61,341 nt of DNA from an uncultured Gammaproteobacteria bacterium (lineage in GTDB: Bacteria > Patescibacteriota > Microgenomatia > UBA8517): assembly GCA_964610395.1 (NCBI GenBank), contig CAZSXP010000001.1, positions 1 to 61,341 of the forward strand. The letters are read 5' to 3'. A program made the position numbers and the translations under genes. This document shows, in pieces, positions 8,343 through 18,235 of this stretch; the stretch's first letter is position 1, and each line of letters opens with the position of its first letter. A model generated the notes under the pieces. That model did no database searches and had not been told where the DNA came from. It saw only the letters and a list, made by a program, of their open reading frames with translations.

Positions 8343-9485
8343 TCATTTAATACTAAGTGAATATAAATTGGGGATAATGGAGTTAGAACCTAAGTTGGTT
8401 AAAATTAATAATTTGCTTGCATTAACAAACGGATATGCATGTGGGGCAATGTAATCGCCTGAAAAGACTGTTTGTCTATTAGTTCCATCGTAATCCATAA
8501 TTATAATTTTTCCTTCATCAGGAACTATTAAATGTCTTGAAGTTGGTAACCAATAAAGAGATCTGCCAGTGTCGCTAACCAAAAAGTTTCTATCTTCTTT
8601 GATATCGTAAATATAGGTGTTACCCACTTTGATATCCCTTTCTTCCTTCTGTGTTGAGCTTCCTGGTAGTTCTTCAATTAACCCTTTTTTAATATTTGCT
8701 TCACTGCTTGCAGTGTACATAACCATTGTTTCATCAGGCGAAAATGTAAAGTCACTAACATCTTTTTCTAGAATTGTAGCCATCTCAAGAGGTAACAATC
8801 TAAATTCAGATTCATCTTTTCTATTTTTTTCTAACTTCCAATTATTTAAAATAGTTGTCTTTTGAGCTATAACATTTACAAAATTATCTTGTGACGTAAA
8901 CTCATTTGTATTTAAGATATAGACCCCCTTTTTTGTCGTGAGCATAATCTCTCTACTGTTTGGAGAGAAGCTGTAACTTGATCCTATTAGTTCACCATCT
9001 GCAATTTTTTTAGGATCATTTGGAAAACCGATAGGCAGAGAACTAACAGTCATTATAAAGAGGCCTTCACTATTAGTATATGCAATCTTGCTAAAATCTG
9101 ACGAGACTACGGGATTTTCTGCTCCGTCGAAGGTAACTGGGGAAAAAGATGGTGCAACTTTGAATAGTTGAGCTGTAATTTGGGTTACTTCCTCTTTTTT
9201 AATGGTTAATCTTTTCTTCCATGAGATATATCCATTTTTCTTTATCTCGACATCATATGTATTAGGGGAGAGTTTTAAATTGGTATTGGTTGCACCTTTT
9301 AAATCACCATCAATAAAAATAGAAGCCCCATCAGAATCAGATTTTGCAACTAAAATACCATTTTCTAAAAAGGTAAAAGTATCTGTATCAAAACGATATC
9401 CTCTAGCAATTAATGATACAAAATAACCAATTACACCCACGACAATCATAGTAGACAAAAGTATAAAAACACGTAGTTTAGCCAT
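8343..9485 (-). CDS. PEGA-domain membrane-anchored protein with probable beta-propeller C-terminus
   Basis: N-terminal TM; G-L-x-x-x-S-D-x-x-GASIFIDG...YDVEIKKNGY PEGA pattern; FSPN/FSPD repeats. Confidence 0.8.
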   Translation of the reverse strand: MAKLRVFILLSTMIVVGVIGYFVSLIARGYRFDTDTFTFLENGILVAKSDSDGASIFIDGDLKGATNTNLKLSPNTYDVEIKKNGYISWKKRLTIKKEEVTQITAQLFKVAPSFSPVTFDGAENPVVSSDFSKIAYTNSEGLFIMTVSSLPIGFPNDPKKIADGELIGSSYSFSPNSREIMLTTKKGVYILNTNEFTSQDNFVNVIAQKTTILNNWKLEKNRKDESEFRLLPLEMATILEKDVSDFTFSPDETMVMYTASSEANIKKGLIEELPGSSTQKEERDIKVGNTYIYDIKEDRNFLVSDTGRSLYWLPTSRHLIVPDEGKIIIMDYDGTNRQTVFSGDYIAPHAYPFVNASKLLILTNLGSNSIIPNLYSLSIK

Positions 9486-9514
9486 TGGTGTAATTATACT
9501 ATATAATTAGCATT

Positions 9515-10525
9515 ATGCTAAATCGAAAGAACATTGCAATTGACTTGGGAACAGCCAATACACTTGTTTGGGTTGCAGGAGGGGGAATCATTGCCAACGA
9601 ACCTACTGTTGTGGCTACTTCTGTAGAAGATAATAAAATTGTAGCCGTAGGGGAAGAAGCTAAGAAAATGTTAGGTCGAACTCCTGAGGCATTAAATGCC
9701 AATAGGCCAATGAGAGATGGAGTAATTGCTGACTACTCCGCCACTGAGGCTATGCTTAAATATTTCATTGGTAAAGTTATAGGCAAATTTACTTTATTCA
9801 AGCCAAATGTCATGGTTTGTGTGCCTGCAGGCTGTACCCAAGTTGAACGCCGAGCAGCACTTGATGCCACACTTTCTGCAGGAGCAGCTCATGCCTATTT
9901 AATTGATGAACCATTGGCTGCAGCAATTGGCGCAGGCATTCCTGTTTCAGCTCCTTCAGGGCATATGATAGTTGATAGCGGTGGAGGCTCAACTGAGGCT
10001 GCAGTTATATCCCTAGGTGGTGTTGTTGTCCATAAATCAGTCAGAATTGCAGGCACAAAAATAGATGAAGCAATCATTTTGCATATGAAGAAAAAACATA
10101 ATTTAGTCATTGGAGATACAACTGCAGAGGACATAAAAATAAAAATAGGTTCAGCAATTAAACTTGCTAAGGAAGAAAAACTTGAAATATCAGGACGTGA
10201 CTTAGTTTTTGGCCTTCCAAGAACCACAGCTGTTACCTCTAGTGAAATTACAGAAGCTATAAGACCAACCTTAATTGCAATGATTGGGGCAGTTAAAGCA
10301 GTTCTTGAGGATACTCCACCTGAACTGGCTGCAGATATTATAGACAAGGGGATAATAATGAGTGGAGGAACATCATCTCTTCGTAATTTAAATAAGTTGA
10401 TGACTGAGGAAACTGGAGTTCCTGCCCATGTTGCTGACGATCCACTTTTATGTGTTGTGCGGGGAACCGGACTTGTTTTAGAAAATATAGAACTATGGAA
10501 AAGGTCTGTTACAACTAAAGGATAA
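9515..10525 (+). CDS. mreB: Rod shape-determining actin MreB (copy 1)
   Basis: IDLGTANT, RPMRDGVIAD, EPLAAAIGAG, TPPELAADI. Confidence 0.96.
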   Translation: MLNRKNIAIDLGTANTLVWVAGGGIIANEPTVVATSVEDNKIVAVGEEAKKMLGRTPEALNANRPMRDGVIADYSATEAMLKYFIGKVIGKFTLFKPNVMVCVPAGCTQVERRAALDATLSAGAAHAYLIDEPLAAAIGAGIPVSAPSGHMIVDSGGGSTEAAVISLGGVVVHKSVRIAGTKIDEAIILHMKKKHNLVIGDTTAEDIKIKIGSAIKLAKEEKLEISGRDLVFGLPRTTAVTSSEITEAIRPTLIAMIGAVKAVLEDTPPELAADIIDKGIIMSGGTSSLRNLNKLMTEETGVPAHVADDPLLCVVRGTGLVLENIELWKRSVTTKG

Positions 10526-10643
10526 AAACCTATAGCAAAAATTGTTGAAAATAAATCAATTGTTAATAGACTGAGGATAAGTATAAAAAAGTGAAGCTAA
10601 TATTTGAAGTAAAAATTTGTGCAAAATTGTTATTAAGGCGAAA

Positions 10644-10678
10644 ATATAGTATATAGCATATGGTATATAGTATATAGG
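10644..10678. repeat. Intergenic 7-bp tandem repeat (5 units)
   Basis: ATATAGT ATATAGC ATATGGT ATATAGT ATATAGG. Confidence 0.8.
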
Positions 10679-10781
10679 GAAGAACAAAGCAAAAAAATAC
10701 ATGTAAAAAACAAGAGTGCGGAGAAAAAAAATGATATTTTGACTATGAAAAGTAAGAAAAGATGATAAAAAATAGATAAAA

Positions 10782-11573
10782 ATGGCAAGAAATTATCCAA
10801 AAGTAGACCGAAAATATGGTTATATCCTAGGAATTAAGATATCTATCACTTCCAAGGAAGAAGTGCTAAATCTTATTAATTTGAGGCTAGAAAACAAAGA
10901 AAAGTTTTATATAGTAACTCCAAATCCTGAAAATTTACTACTAGCTACTAAAGATTGGTTACTGGCAAAAGCTATACGAAGGTCTGATTTGTCAATTCCT
11001 GATGGAATTGGATTAAAATTTGCATATAAATTTTTGCATAATGAAGATATTGAGATAATTAAAGGCAGGGAGTTGTTTTTAGAAGTAATTAAAATTGCAA
11101 ATGATCGTAAATTACGAGTATATCTCTTTGGAGGTGAGCATGGTGAACAAATTAAGACAAAGGAAGTGTTAGAAAAACAATATTCAAATGTAATATTTAA
11201 AACAAATTTTGAATTTCCTCAATATAACAAAAATTGTAAGCCTATCACGTATGAAGATAGAAATTTACACAAGAAGATAATTGGAGGTATAAAGCTCTTT
11301 GAGCCTGATTTAATCATTGTAGCTTTAAATACTCCAAAACAGGAAAAGTGGATTTATAGAAATTTTTTTAGGCTTAATGCAACAGGTGCTTTTGCTTTAG
11401 GTGGAACTTTTAATTATGTAGCAGGAAATATGAAATTGCCTCCTAAATGGATGGAAAAATTAGGACTTGAATGGGTCTGTAGATTAATTCAGGAGCCAAA
11501 GAGGTGGAGGAGGATAATTAATGCTGTGATAATCTTTCCTTGGAGCGTGTTTGTGTGGAAGTTACGAAAATAA
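10782..11573 (+). CDS. WecB/TagA/CpsF family glycosyltransferase
   Basis: VTPNPE, PDGIG, PKQEKWI, GLEWVCRLIQEPKRWRR. Confidence 0.93.
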   Translation: MARNYPKVDRKYGYILGIKISITSKEEVLNLINLRLENKEKFYIVTPNPENLLLATKDWLLAKAIRRSDLSIPDGIGLKFAYKFLHNEDIEIIKGRELFLEVIKIANDRKLRVYLFGGEHGEQIKTKEVLEKQYSNVIFKTNFEFPQYNKNCKPITYEDRNLHKKIIGGIKLFEPDLIIVALNTPKQEKWIYRNFFRLNATGAFALGGTFNYVAGNMKLPPKWMEKLGLEWVCRLIQEPKRWRRIINAVIIFPWSVFVWKLRK

Positions 11574-12083
11574 TCTCGCAAATAATTTTTTAGCCCTGTA
11601 TATTTTACCTTCTACTGCACGAGGAGAAATTTGGAGGATTATAGAAATCTCTTTATATGATAAATCCCTGTAGTATTTATACCAAAGTAATTTTCTTTTT
11701 TCCAAGGGCAATAAATCTAATACTTCATTAACTTTACCCCTTAATTCATTAAGCATAAACTGTTCTTCAGGCAACATTGCAAGGTGAGACCTTGCAATGG
11801 GGTCAAGTTGTTCGATTTGTGACCATTTTTTAAGTGTTGGAACGAAAAAGTGTGACCTGTAGTTTATTTGACCTTTATAATAATCTGCAATTTTATTTAA
11901 TGCAATTCTACAAAGCCATGTAAAAAAGGATGATTTATGTTTAAAAGTCTTATATCCTTTCCAAGCGGCTGTAAAAGTTTCTGTTACTATTTGATCTGCC
12001 ATTTCTGGGTTACTACCAATTCTTTTAAACACAAAACGAGTAAGAGGGGAAAAGAATTGTTTATATAATAAATTAAAGTTCAT
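11562..12083 (-). CDS. ECF-type RNA polymerase sigma factor
   Basis: Region 2 (ETFTAAW, FFTWLCRIALN) and region 4 (LSYKEIS, VEGKIYRAK). Confidence 0.9.
   Translation of the reverse strand: MNFNLLYKQFFSPLTRFVFKRIGSNPEMADQIVTETFTAAWKGYKTFKHKSSFFTWLCRIALNKIADYYKGQINYRSHFFVPTLKKWSQIEQLDPIARSHLAMLPEEQFMLNELRGKVNEVLDLLPLEKRKLLWYKYYRDLSYKEISIILQISPRAVEGKIYRAKKLFARLFS
11776..11798. repeat. REP-like 23-bp palindrome inside ECF sigma factor linker
   Basis: ATTGCAAGGTGAGACCTTGCAAT, identical to the copy at 362-384; translated IARSHLAM. Confidence 0.9.
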
Positions 12084-12759
12084 AATTTGCTTTTAATAAA
12101 AATATAGTATCTTTAATTAAATTCTTTTTAATCCAATCTTTGGTTTTATTATCAACTAAATCCCCAATACCTGAGAGGATATCAGATGGTGGATTTTTCT
12201 CTAGTAGTGCAAGACATCTTTTGAGATATGGAACAGTTTTTTTGTTGGTCCTGAATTCTAGAAGTTCATTATTTAAATTCCATTCTTCCTTCAACATAAA
12301 CCAGATATCGTAAATATCACGATTAGCCAAACTTTTTCTATCCAAGAGCGCTGTTAATTTATTAGCAAACATATCCTCACTTTTCATAATCAGTGAAGGA
12401 ATTCCCAAAAAACTTTTGACTTCATATTTATTTTTAGAAACTCTTTTTGAAATTTCTACTTTAAGTTGACTTAACCCTTTTTTGTAACTTAACAGCCAAA
12501 ATAAATTGTAATGTTTATCTTTGCTTTGTCTTAAGTCACCATACTTTTCGACAATTTTTGTAACCTTACTCAGTACAATATCTTTTTTTGATTCATCAAG
12601 TAGGTCAAAATCCAAATCGACACTAAAACGAGGGAGATTATAAAAAAAATACAATGCTGTTCCACCTTTGAAGCCAAGTACTGAGGCTATTTCAATATCA
12701 GAATAAATATCCTTTAAAATGTTAGTCATTATTGTGCGGTGTGAAGAAATCACTAACAT
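12073..12759 (-). CDS. AbiEii-family nucleotidyltransferase toxin (type IV TA)
   Basis: FKGGTAL, RFSVDLDF, ANKLTALLDR, RDIYDI motifs. Confidence 0.9.
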   Translation of the reverse strand: MLVISSHRTIMTNILKDIYSDIEIASVLGFKGGTALYFFYNLPRFSVDLDFDLLDESKKDIVLSKVTKIVEKYGDLRQSKDKHYNLFWLLSYKKGLSQLKVEISKRVSKNKYEVKSFLGIPSLIMKSEDMFANKLTALLDRKSLANRDIYDIWFMLKEEWNLNNELLEFRTNKKTVPYLKRCLALLEKNPPSDILSGIGDLVDNKTKDWIKKNLIKDTIFLLKANYEL

Positions 12760-13312
12760 AATTATTAAACCTCCTTTCCATTGCTTTATTATTATATATT
12801 TTTACTAAGTTTTTAGCGACCTTCCAGTTAACTTGTTCCAGATTATCAAAGTGATAGTTTTTAGACATATATACTCTGTCCAGAAACGCACGCTCTTTTG
12901 AAGCCATAGAATATCCATTAATGTTTTCTATTCCTCTTGGGTTATTTAGTATTTCATCCTTCATTTTTCTAAAACTAATAGTGTAATCACAAAGTTTGAC
13001 ATCTCTTGTTTGATAACTAATTACAAATATTGTTTTATCGTAATTTTGAAATGTTATGCCTTTTCTTTGGAGTACAGTTTCAAGGCTAATGTAAGACGGT
13101 GTAAAAATTTTATTTGCTGCTTCTAAAATTTCGTAACCATTATTTTTTGCATACAAACCTCTTTTTAGACTTTTCAAAACTCCTTTTTTAACGAAGTAAT
13201 TAATTCTTGATTTTAATTTATTTAAATTAGTTTCATTAAGTATCAATGATATCTCTTGAGTTGTAAAAACAGTATTTTTTGACGAATATAAGCTGTAGGT
13301 AAGACTTTTCAT
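12722..13312 (-). CDS. AbiEi-family antitoxin / transcriptional regulator
   Basis: N-terminal wHTH (LKRGLY), SYISLETVL, ASKERAFLD; directly upstream of AbiEii. Confidence 0.85.
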   Translation of the reverse strand: MKSLTYSLYSSKNTVFTTQEISLILNETNLNKLKSRINYFVKKGVLKSLKRGLYAKNNGYEILEAANKIFTPSYISLETVLQRKGITFQNYDKTIFVISYQTRDVKLCDYTISFRKMKDEILNNPRGIENINGYSMASKERAFLDRVYMSKNYHFDNLEQVNWKVAKNLVKIYNNKAMERRFNNYVSDFFTPHNND

Positions 13313-13399
13313 TACTTCCAGTTTACAAAATGATTTATTATTTGTCAATAGATGTAAGATTTGGTACAAATATATACCAATGGTACAATCAGTCTTAAT

Positions 13400-14149
13400 A
13401 TGAAGGATTTAGTTTTAGTTAAACTAGGTGGAAGTGTCATAACTGACAAGAGTAAACCGTTTACGGCTAGAATTGAAATTATACAAAAACTAGCAAAAAA
13501 GATTAAAAAGTTTAAAAACAAAAATACTGATTTAATAATTGGGCATGGTTCAGGATCATTTGCTCATGTTCCTGCAGCAAAATATCAAACTCAAAAAGGA
13601 ATGATTAACAAGAATAGTCTTTGGGGTTTATCGCTAACAGCAGACGCTGCAATTCAAATAAATAGAATAGTGGTTTCGGAATTTTTGAAGCTAAAAATTC
13701 CTGTTATATCCTTTGCTCCTTTAAGTTTTATTTACGAAACTAAGATTATTACAGAGCATATAAAAAATGCATTAGATATTGGTATAACACCAGTAATTTA
13801 CGGTGACGTGGTGATGAATAAAAAGCAAGGATTTAAAATATATTCAGGAGAGAAAACCTTGGATATATTAGCAGTTAAATTAAGTAAATTGTATAAAAAA
13901 ATAAAAATAATTTATTACACAGATACAAATGGAGTTTATGACGATAAAAACAAAACAATTCCAATTGTTACCCCAAGGAATATTAAAGACATTAAAAAAT
14001 ACTTAACGGGAAGTAACAAAACAGATGTTACGGGGGGAATGATGCATAAAGTGGAAGAAAGCCTAAAGTTGGTCAAAAATCTTGATGCTGAAGTTTACAT
14101 TATGAATGGTTTAAGTAGGGGAAAAGTAACTAAAGTTTGTAAAGGTTAG
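13400..14149 (+). CDS. Isopentenyl phosphate kinase (amino-acid kinase superfamily, archaeal type)
   Basis: KLGGSVITDK, HGSGSFAH, PVIYGD, DVTGGM motifs; beside prenyltransferases. Confidence 0.85.
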   Translation: MKDLVLVKLGGSVITDKSKPFTARIEIIQKLAKKIKKFKNKNTDLIIGHGSGSFAHVPAAKYQTQKGMINKNSLWGLSLTADAAIQINRIVVSEFLKLKIPVISFAPLSFIYETKIITEHIKNALDIGITPVIYGDVVMNKKQGFKIYSGEKTLDILAVKLSKLYKKIKIIYYTDTNGVYDDKNKTIPIVTPRNIKDIKKYLTGSNKTDVTGGMMHKVEESLKLVKNLDAEVYIMNGLSRGKVTKVCKG

Positions 14150-14374
14150 TCAATTTCTGGATCTTGCTCTTCACCTTTCAAAATTTTCTCTCTCTGTTCT
14201 TCTGTTAAAAATGGATTAATAGATACATCTATGTGAACAGAACGTGTTTCTGTTCCAATCGAAAATAACACTACCTCTTCACCCTATTTGGGTTTTCGAG
14301 AATCTGTCAAGTTTATATTTAATGATCCGTCGCCTGCACCCATGAATGTCATGTCTTGTATTATACATCATTTG

Positions 14375-15253
14375 TCAATATTGTCTATTCAGAATAAAAT
14401 CAATTAATTCTATAAGTTTTGTTCTTGCTGGTTCATTGGACAAAAACTGCAAATCTTTATCAAAAACTGTCTTAGCAATATTTTTTTCTTTTTCTGCCAA
14501 CTTTTTGGTGTATTCAACACCTTTTTCTGTAGCTAAAGTGGATTTTCCCTCTTTTTTATCTTGTTCTAAATCTAATATATCATCAACAAGTTGGAAACAT
14601 CTACCTAAATGTAATCCAAATTCAGTAATTTTATCAAGCTGACTTCCTGTAGCCTCAGCTAAAATTGCTCCAAGCCTCATTGGTCCTGCGATGGAGTAGT
14701 ATGCAGATTTACTATCTGCCATAAAGAAATATTTTTCATCTGTAATTTCTGATTTATTATTCGTCCAAATTTGTTCAACCGCCTGACCAAGCGTTGTTCT
14801 AAGCATAATTTTATAAAATTCATCTGAGATTTTTTTATTATCACAATCAATTATCACTTTCCACATAATATTTTCTAAGGTATCACTAGCGTTTATCGCA
14901 AGCTCTAGTCCATTGATTTTGTGAAGTGTTGGTTTACCTCGTCTTTCATCTGAATTATCTTCAATATCATCAGATATAAGTATCCATTCCTCAGAAAGCT
15001 GCATAGCAGCAGCAACTTTAACAGCAGACTTTTCATCCAGACCTAGAGCTTCTGCTGTCAGTAAAACAAGTGTAGGTCTCAAATACTTACCTTTTCTTTC
15101 TGGATAATCTCTATTTATTTCCCAATATTTAGAAACTTCTGTTTTAAATTTTATTGGTATTTGAAACTGTTTTGGATACTTAAGATCTTTTAAATAACTA
15201 TCAATAATTGGCCAAACAAGCTGTTTTGTTTCCTCAAGTGTTTTTTGTATCAT
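14375..15253 (-). CDS. Polyprenyl (trans-isoprenyl) diphosphate synthase
   Basis: GKYLRP, DDIED..ERRGKPT (FARM), FQLVDDILD (SARM). Confidence 0.93.
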   Translation of the reverse strand: MIQKTLEETKQLVWPIIDSYLKDLKYPKQFQIPIKFKTEVSKYWEINRDYPERKGKYLRPTLVLLTAEALGLDEKSAVKVAAAMQLSEEWILISDDIEDNSDERRGKPTLHKINGLELAINASDTLENIMWKVIIDCDNKKISDEFYKIMLRTTLGQAVEQIWTNNKSEITDEKYFFMADSKSAYYSIAGPMRLGAILAEATGSQLDKITEFGLHLGRCFQLVDDILDLEQDKKEGKSTLATEKGVEYTKKLAEKEKNIAKTVFDKDLQFLSNEPARTKLIELIDFILNRQY

Positions 15254-15275
15254 TAATGTATTATAATATATCGCG

Positions 15276-16505
15276 ATGTCTAAAGTATTAATACTTCCCA
15301 AAAATACTGTAATTCCAAACCATATAGCTATGATTTTGGATGGCAACCGGAGATGGGCTAGGGCTAGAGGGTTAAAGCCTTGGGAAGGTCATTATCATGG
15401 CTATTTGGCAATTGAAGCACTTGCGAAAGCAGTTAGGAATTTAGGGGTGCACACCTTCACTGTTTGGGCATGGTCAACAGAAAATTGGGATAGACCACAG
15501 GAAGAAATAGATGCAATTATGAATTTATTCAGAAAAGCACTTAAAGAAAAAGAAAATGAATTTCATAAAGATAAGGTAGCCCTTGTGCATCTCGGTCGCA
15601 AAGATAGATTGCCAGAAGATATTCAAAAAATGTTAATTAAGATTGAGGCTGAAACTGCAAAATACTCAAAAAATCATATTTATAATTTAGCTGTTGATTA
15701 CGGTGGTCGAAGTGAGATTGTTAGGGCAACTCAAAAAGCAATTGACTCAGGTATAAAATCAAAAGATTTAAACGAAAAAACATTTGAAAAATTCTTAGAT
15801 ACATATGGTCAACCATATCCAAATCCAGATTTATTTATTAGGACTTCAGGTGAACAAAGAACCTCGGGTTTAATGCCATGGCAGATGGTTTATGCAGAAT
15901 ATTATTTCGAAAATACTCACCTTCCTGATTTCACACCAGAGAAATTAAAAGAGGCAATTTTAGATTATTCAAGGAGAAGAAGAAGGTTTGGGGGGAATGA
16001 CGCGATGGAACATTTTACATTTGATCCACATTTAGTTGCTAATCTTGAACTTAAATGGTGGCGTTTAAGCAAACTGCCGTATGGTGTAAGCCTTATGGAA
16101 TATACTGTAAGGCACATGAGAGAACAATATAATTTATCTAAGGAACTTGCAAAAAATGCTGCAGGCTATATGCTTCAGGCTATAAGATATCAAGATATAA
16201 ATAAATTAGACAAGGCAAAAAATTCTCTGAAGAAATTTTACAAGCTTATAAAAAGTGAGTTAAAACTTGCATTTGAACCTGAAATAGTTGCGTCCTTAGA
16301 AGTTGAAATGAGAAAACAAAAAGGGGAGAACGAAAAGTTGGAAAAAGAACATTTAGCAGAAGTTTATAGAATATCTCTTTTTCAAGCTGCCAAAGCTGCT
16401 CATTTAAGAGTCTTGGCAAATGTTGCTAGAAATCGTGGGGATTGGACAAAAGCAGAAGATTATTTGGAGAAGTATTATTCAGCTTTAAAGGAAAGAGTGG
16501 CTTGA
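15276..16505 (+). CDS. uppS: Undecaprenyl diphosphate synthase with ~170-aa C-terminal extension
   Basis: HIAMILDGNRRWA, WSTENWDRP, YGGRSEI, DLFIRTSGEQRTSG, RRRFGG followed by an extra helical domain. Confidence 0.93.
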   Translation: MSKVLILPKNTVIPNHIAMILDGNRRWARARGLKPWEGHYHGYLAIEALAKAVRNLGVHTFTVWAWSTENWDRPQEEIDAIMNLFRKALKEKENEFHKDKVALVHLGRKDRLPEDIQKMLIKIEAETAKYSKNHIYNLAVDYGGRSEIVRATQKAIDSGIKSKDLNEKTFEKFLDTYGQPYPNPDLFIRTSGEQRTSGLMPWQMVYAEYYFENTHLPDFTPEKLKEAILDYSRRRRRFGGNDAMEHFTFDPHLVANLELKWWRLSKLPYGVSLMEYTVRHMREQYNLSKELAKNAAGYMLQAIRYQDINKLDKAKNSLKKFYKLIKSELKLAFEPEIVASLEVEMRKQKGENEKLEKEHLAEVYRISLFQAAKAAHLRVLANVARNRGDWTKAEDYLEKYYSALKERVA

Positions 16506-17901
16506 TACAAATCTAAAAGATTTTGGTTATTGGGGAAGTATTTAAGCGTATCTTTTATAAATTCTTCTGCTACATCAAACTCTTTTTGTTTAATTAATAT
16601 TTTTGCATAATTTTCATAGGCTAAGTAATAGTTTCCATTATCAATTGACTGAATTTTGAAAATGGTAACTAGCTTCATTAAATTTACCTATTCTATATAG
16701 TTCTACACCTAGATTATTTTCTAAGTTAAAATCATTTTTTACAATTTTGGCATCGTGAGAATATAGTGTTAAACCATTTTTCCAATCAAAAGACCTAATA
16801 AAAGTAACAATTGAAAAGATTAATATTAAAAGAACTGCAATATAATAAGTTATTTTTTTAAATTTAAGATGACCAAGTATGCCCAGTAGTCCAAACATAG
16901 GTAAATAAAACCATCTACCAGATATGGTAACGTCAAGTGGAAATATTTGCATGTGCATAGCCAAAGACAATATAAATAAAGTTAAAAAGAAATAATAACT
17001 TTTGCTTTTTTGAAAAGTAAAGAAGATTAAGATAGTTAAAAATAAGATACAAAGAATTAGAGGCAACCAAAAGTCAGACAAGCTAAAAGAAGTTACGATC
17101 CAATGTTGGTTGGGGACAAGATTAGTTGGAAATATCAAATTAGAAAAATAATACCAAGCCATTTTAGGAATAGAAAGTATTCTATCAAATAAATTTAATT
17201 TAGAAATTGCAGACATTTGGTCTGAAGAAAAGCCAATTTTTGCAATATAAAATCGCATTACGCTATAGATTGATATACTAAAAATGGATGGGAGCCAACT
17301 GTCATAAAAAAAGAGTAATAATTACGAAAATGATTCCAGTTTCTTTGGAAAGAAGAGAACATAAAAGTAGTAACGTAATTAATAATTTACCACAAAGTGG
17401 CAAGCTTTGCTTATTCTTTTTATATATTGTAAGTAAAAGTGCTAAGCTTCCAAAAAAGAAAAATAAAACATCTTGAAAATTGGCTGCATAAAAAATAACT
17501 TCAGAATAAAGAGGATGAATTAAAAATAGAAGCGAGAGAATAAAAGATTTATTTTTATCAAAAAAATACGAAAATATTAAATATATTATTATTGCGCTTA
17601 AAATATGGACTGTTAATGAAAATAAATGAAAAAAGAAGGCTGTTGAACCAAAAAGAGAGTAGAGAATAGAGAAACTTAAAGTCATTAGTGGTTTATAATA
17701 ACTTCCAAGTAGATTTCCTGTTCCACCTGAATTAAATGCTCCACCTGAGAAAAAAACAGGAAAGTTTGAGATAGAGTGGATTAAAGTATTATTAACTATC
17801 TGTTCCTCATCGTCCCAAACAAAGCCATTTCCAAGTGAAGGTAAAAAAATAAAAAATCCAATTAAAGAAATTATTAAGATGATATTTAGCTTGCTTTTCA
17901 T
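16475..17901 (-). pseudogene. TMTC/PMT-like multi-TM glycosyltransferase with TPR tail, broken into three frames
   Basis: FVWDDEEQI, YYKPL, FLIHPLYSEV, SKETGI (17302-17901); RWFYLP, DWKNGLTLY, ENNLG (16641-17258); TPR tail (16475-16678); break at T7 run 17306-17312. Confidence 0.75.
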
Positions 17902-17980
17902 TAAGACTAATTATAATCTTTTTGTTAAACATCTTCTTGACAGAGCTGTTACTGATTGTTATATTGTGATTAATTAACAT

Positions 17981-18196
17981 ATGGATCAATCTAACAAGAA
18001 AGCAGTCAAACTAGAAAATATGCCAGACCTTCTCACTGTGCGTGAAGTATCAGAATTATTAAGAGTTTCGCCATTAACAATTAAAAGATGGGGCAAGCGT
18101 GGAAAATTGCCTGCAATTAGAATAAATTCAAGAGGGGATAGACGTTACAAAAAAGAAGCAATCCTCTGGCTCCTAGGTATGCAGGCAAAAGATTAA
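17981..18196 (+). CDS. Small excisionase/MerR-type helix-turn-helix DNA-binding protein
   Basis: LLTVREVSELLRVSPLTIKRW..GKLPA..GDRRY; TTGACA(17937)-17-TATATT(17960) promoter upstream. Confidence 0.9.
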   Translation: MDQSNKKAVKLENMPDLLTVREVSELLRVSPLTIKRWGKRGKLPAIRINSRGDRRYKKEAILWLLGMQAKD

Positions 18197-18235
18197 GTTT
18201 TTTGGTATACTATACACATACTTTCTTAAAACTCT

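Noticed and set aside
7879-8454. Plus-strand ORFs 7879-8079 and 8194-8454
   Set aside because: They overlap tRNA-Arg, the GIY-YIG gene and the hairpins on the opposite strand and lack protein features
17981-18196. Excisionase marking a prophage
   Set aside because: No integrase, att site or phage genes nearby; better read as a stand-alone HTH regulator
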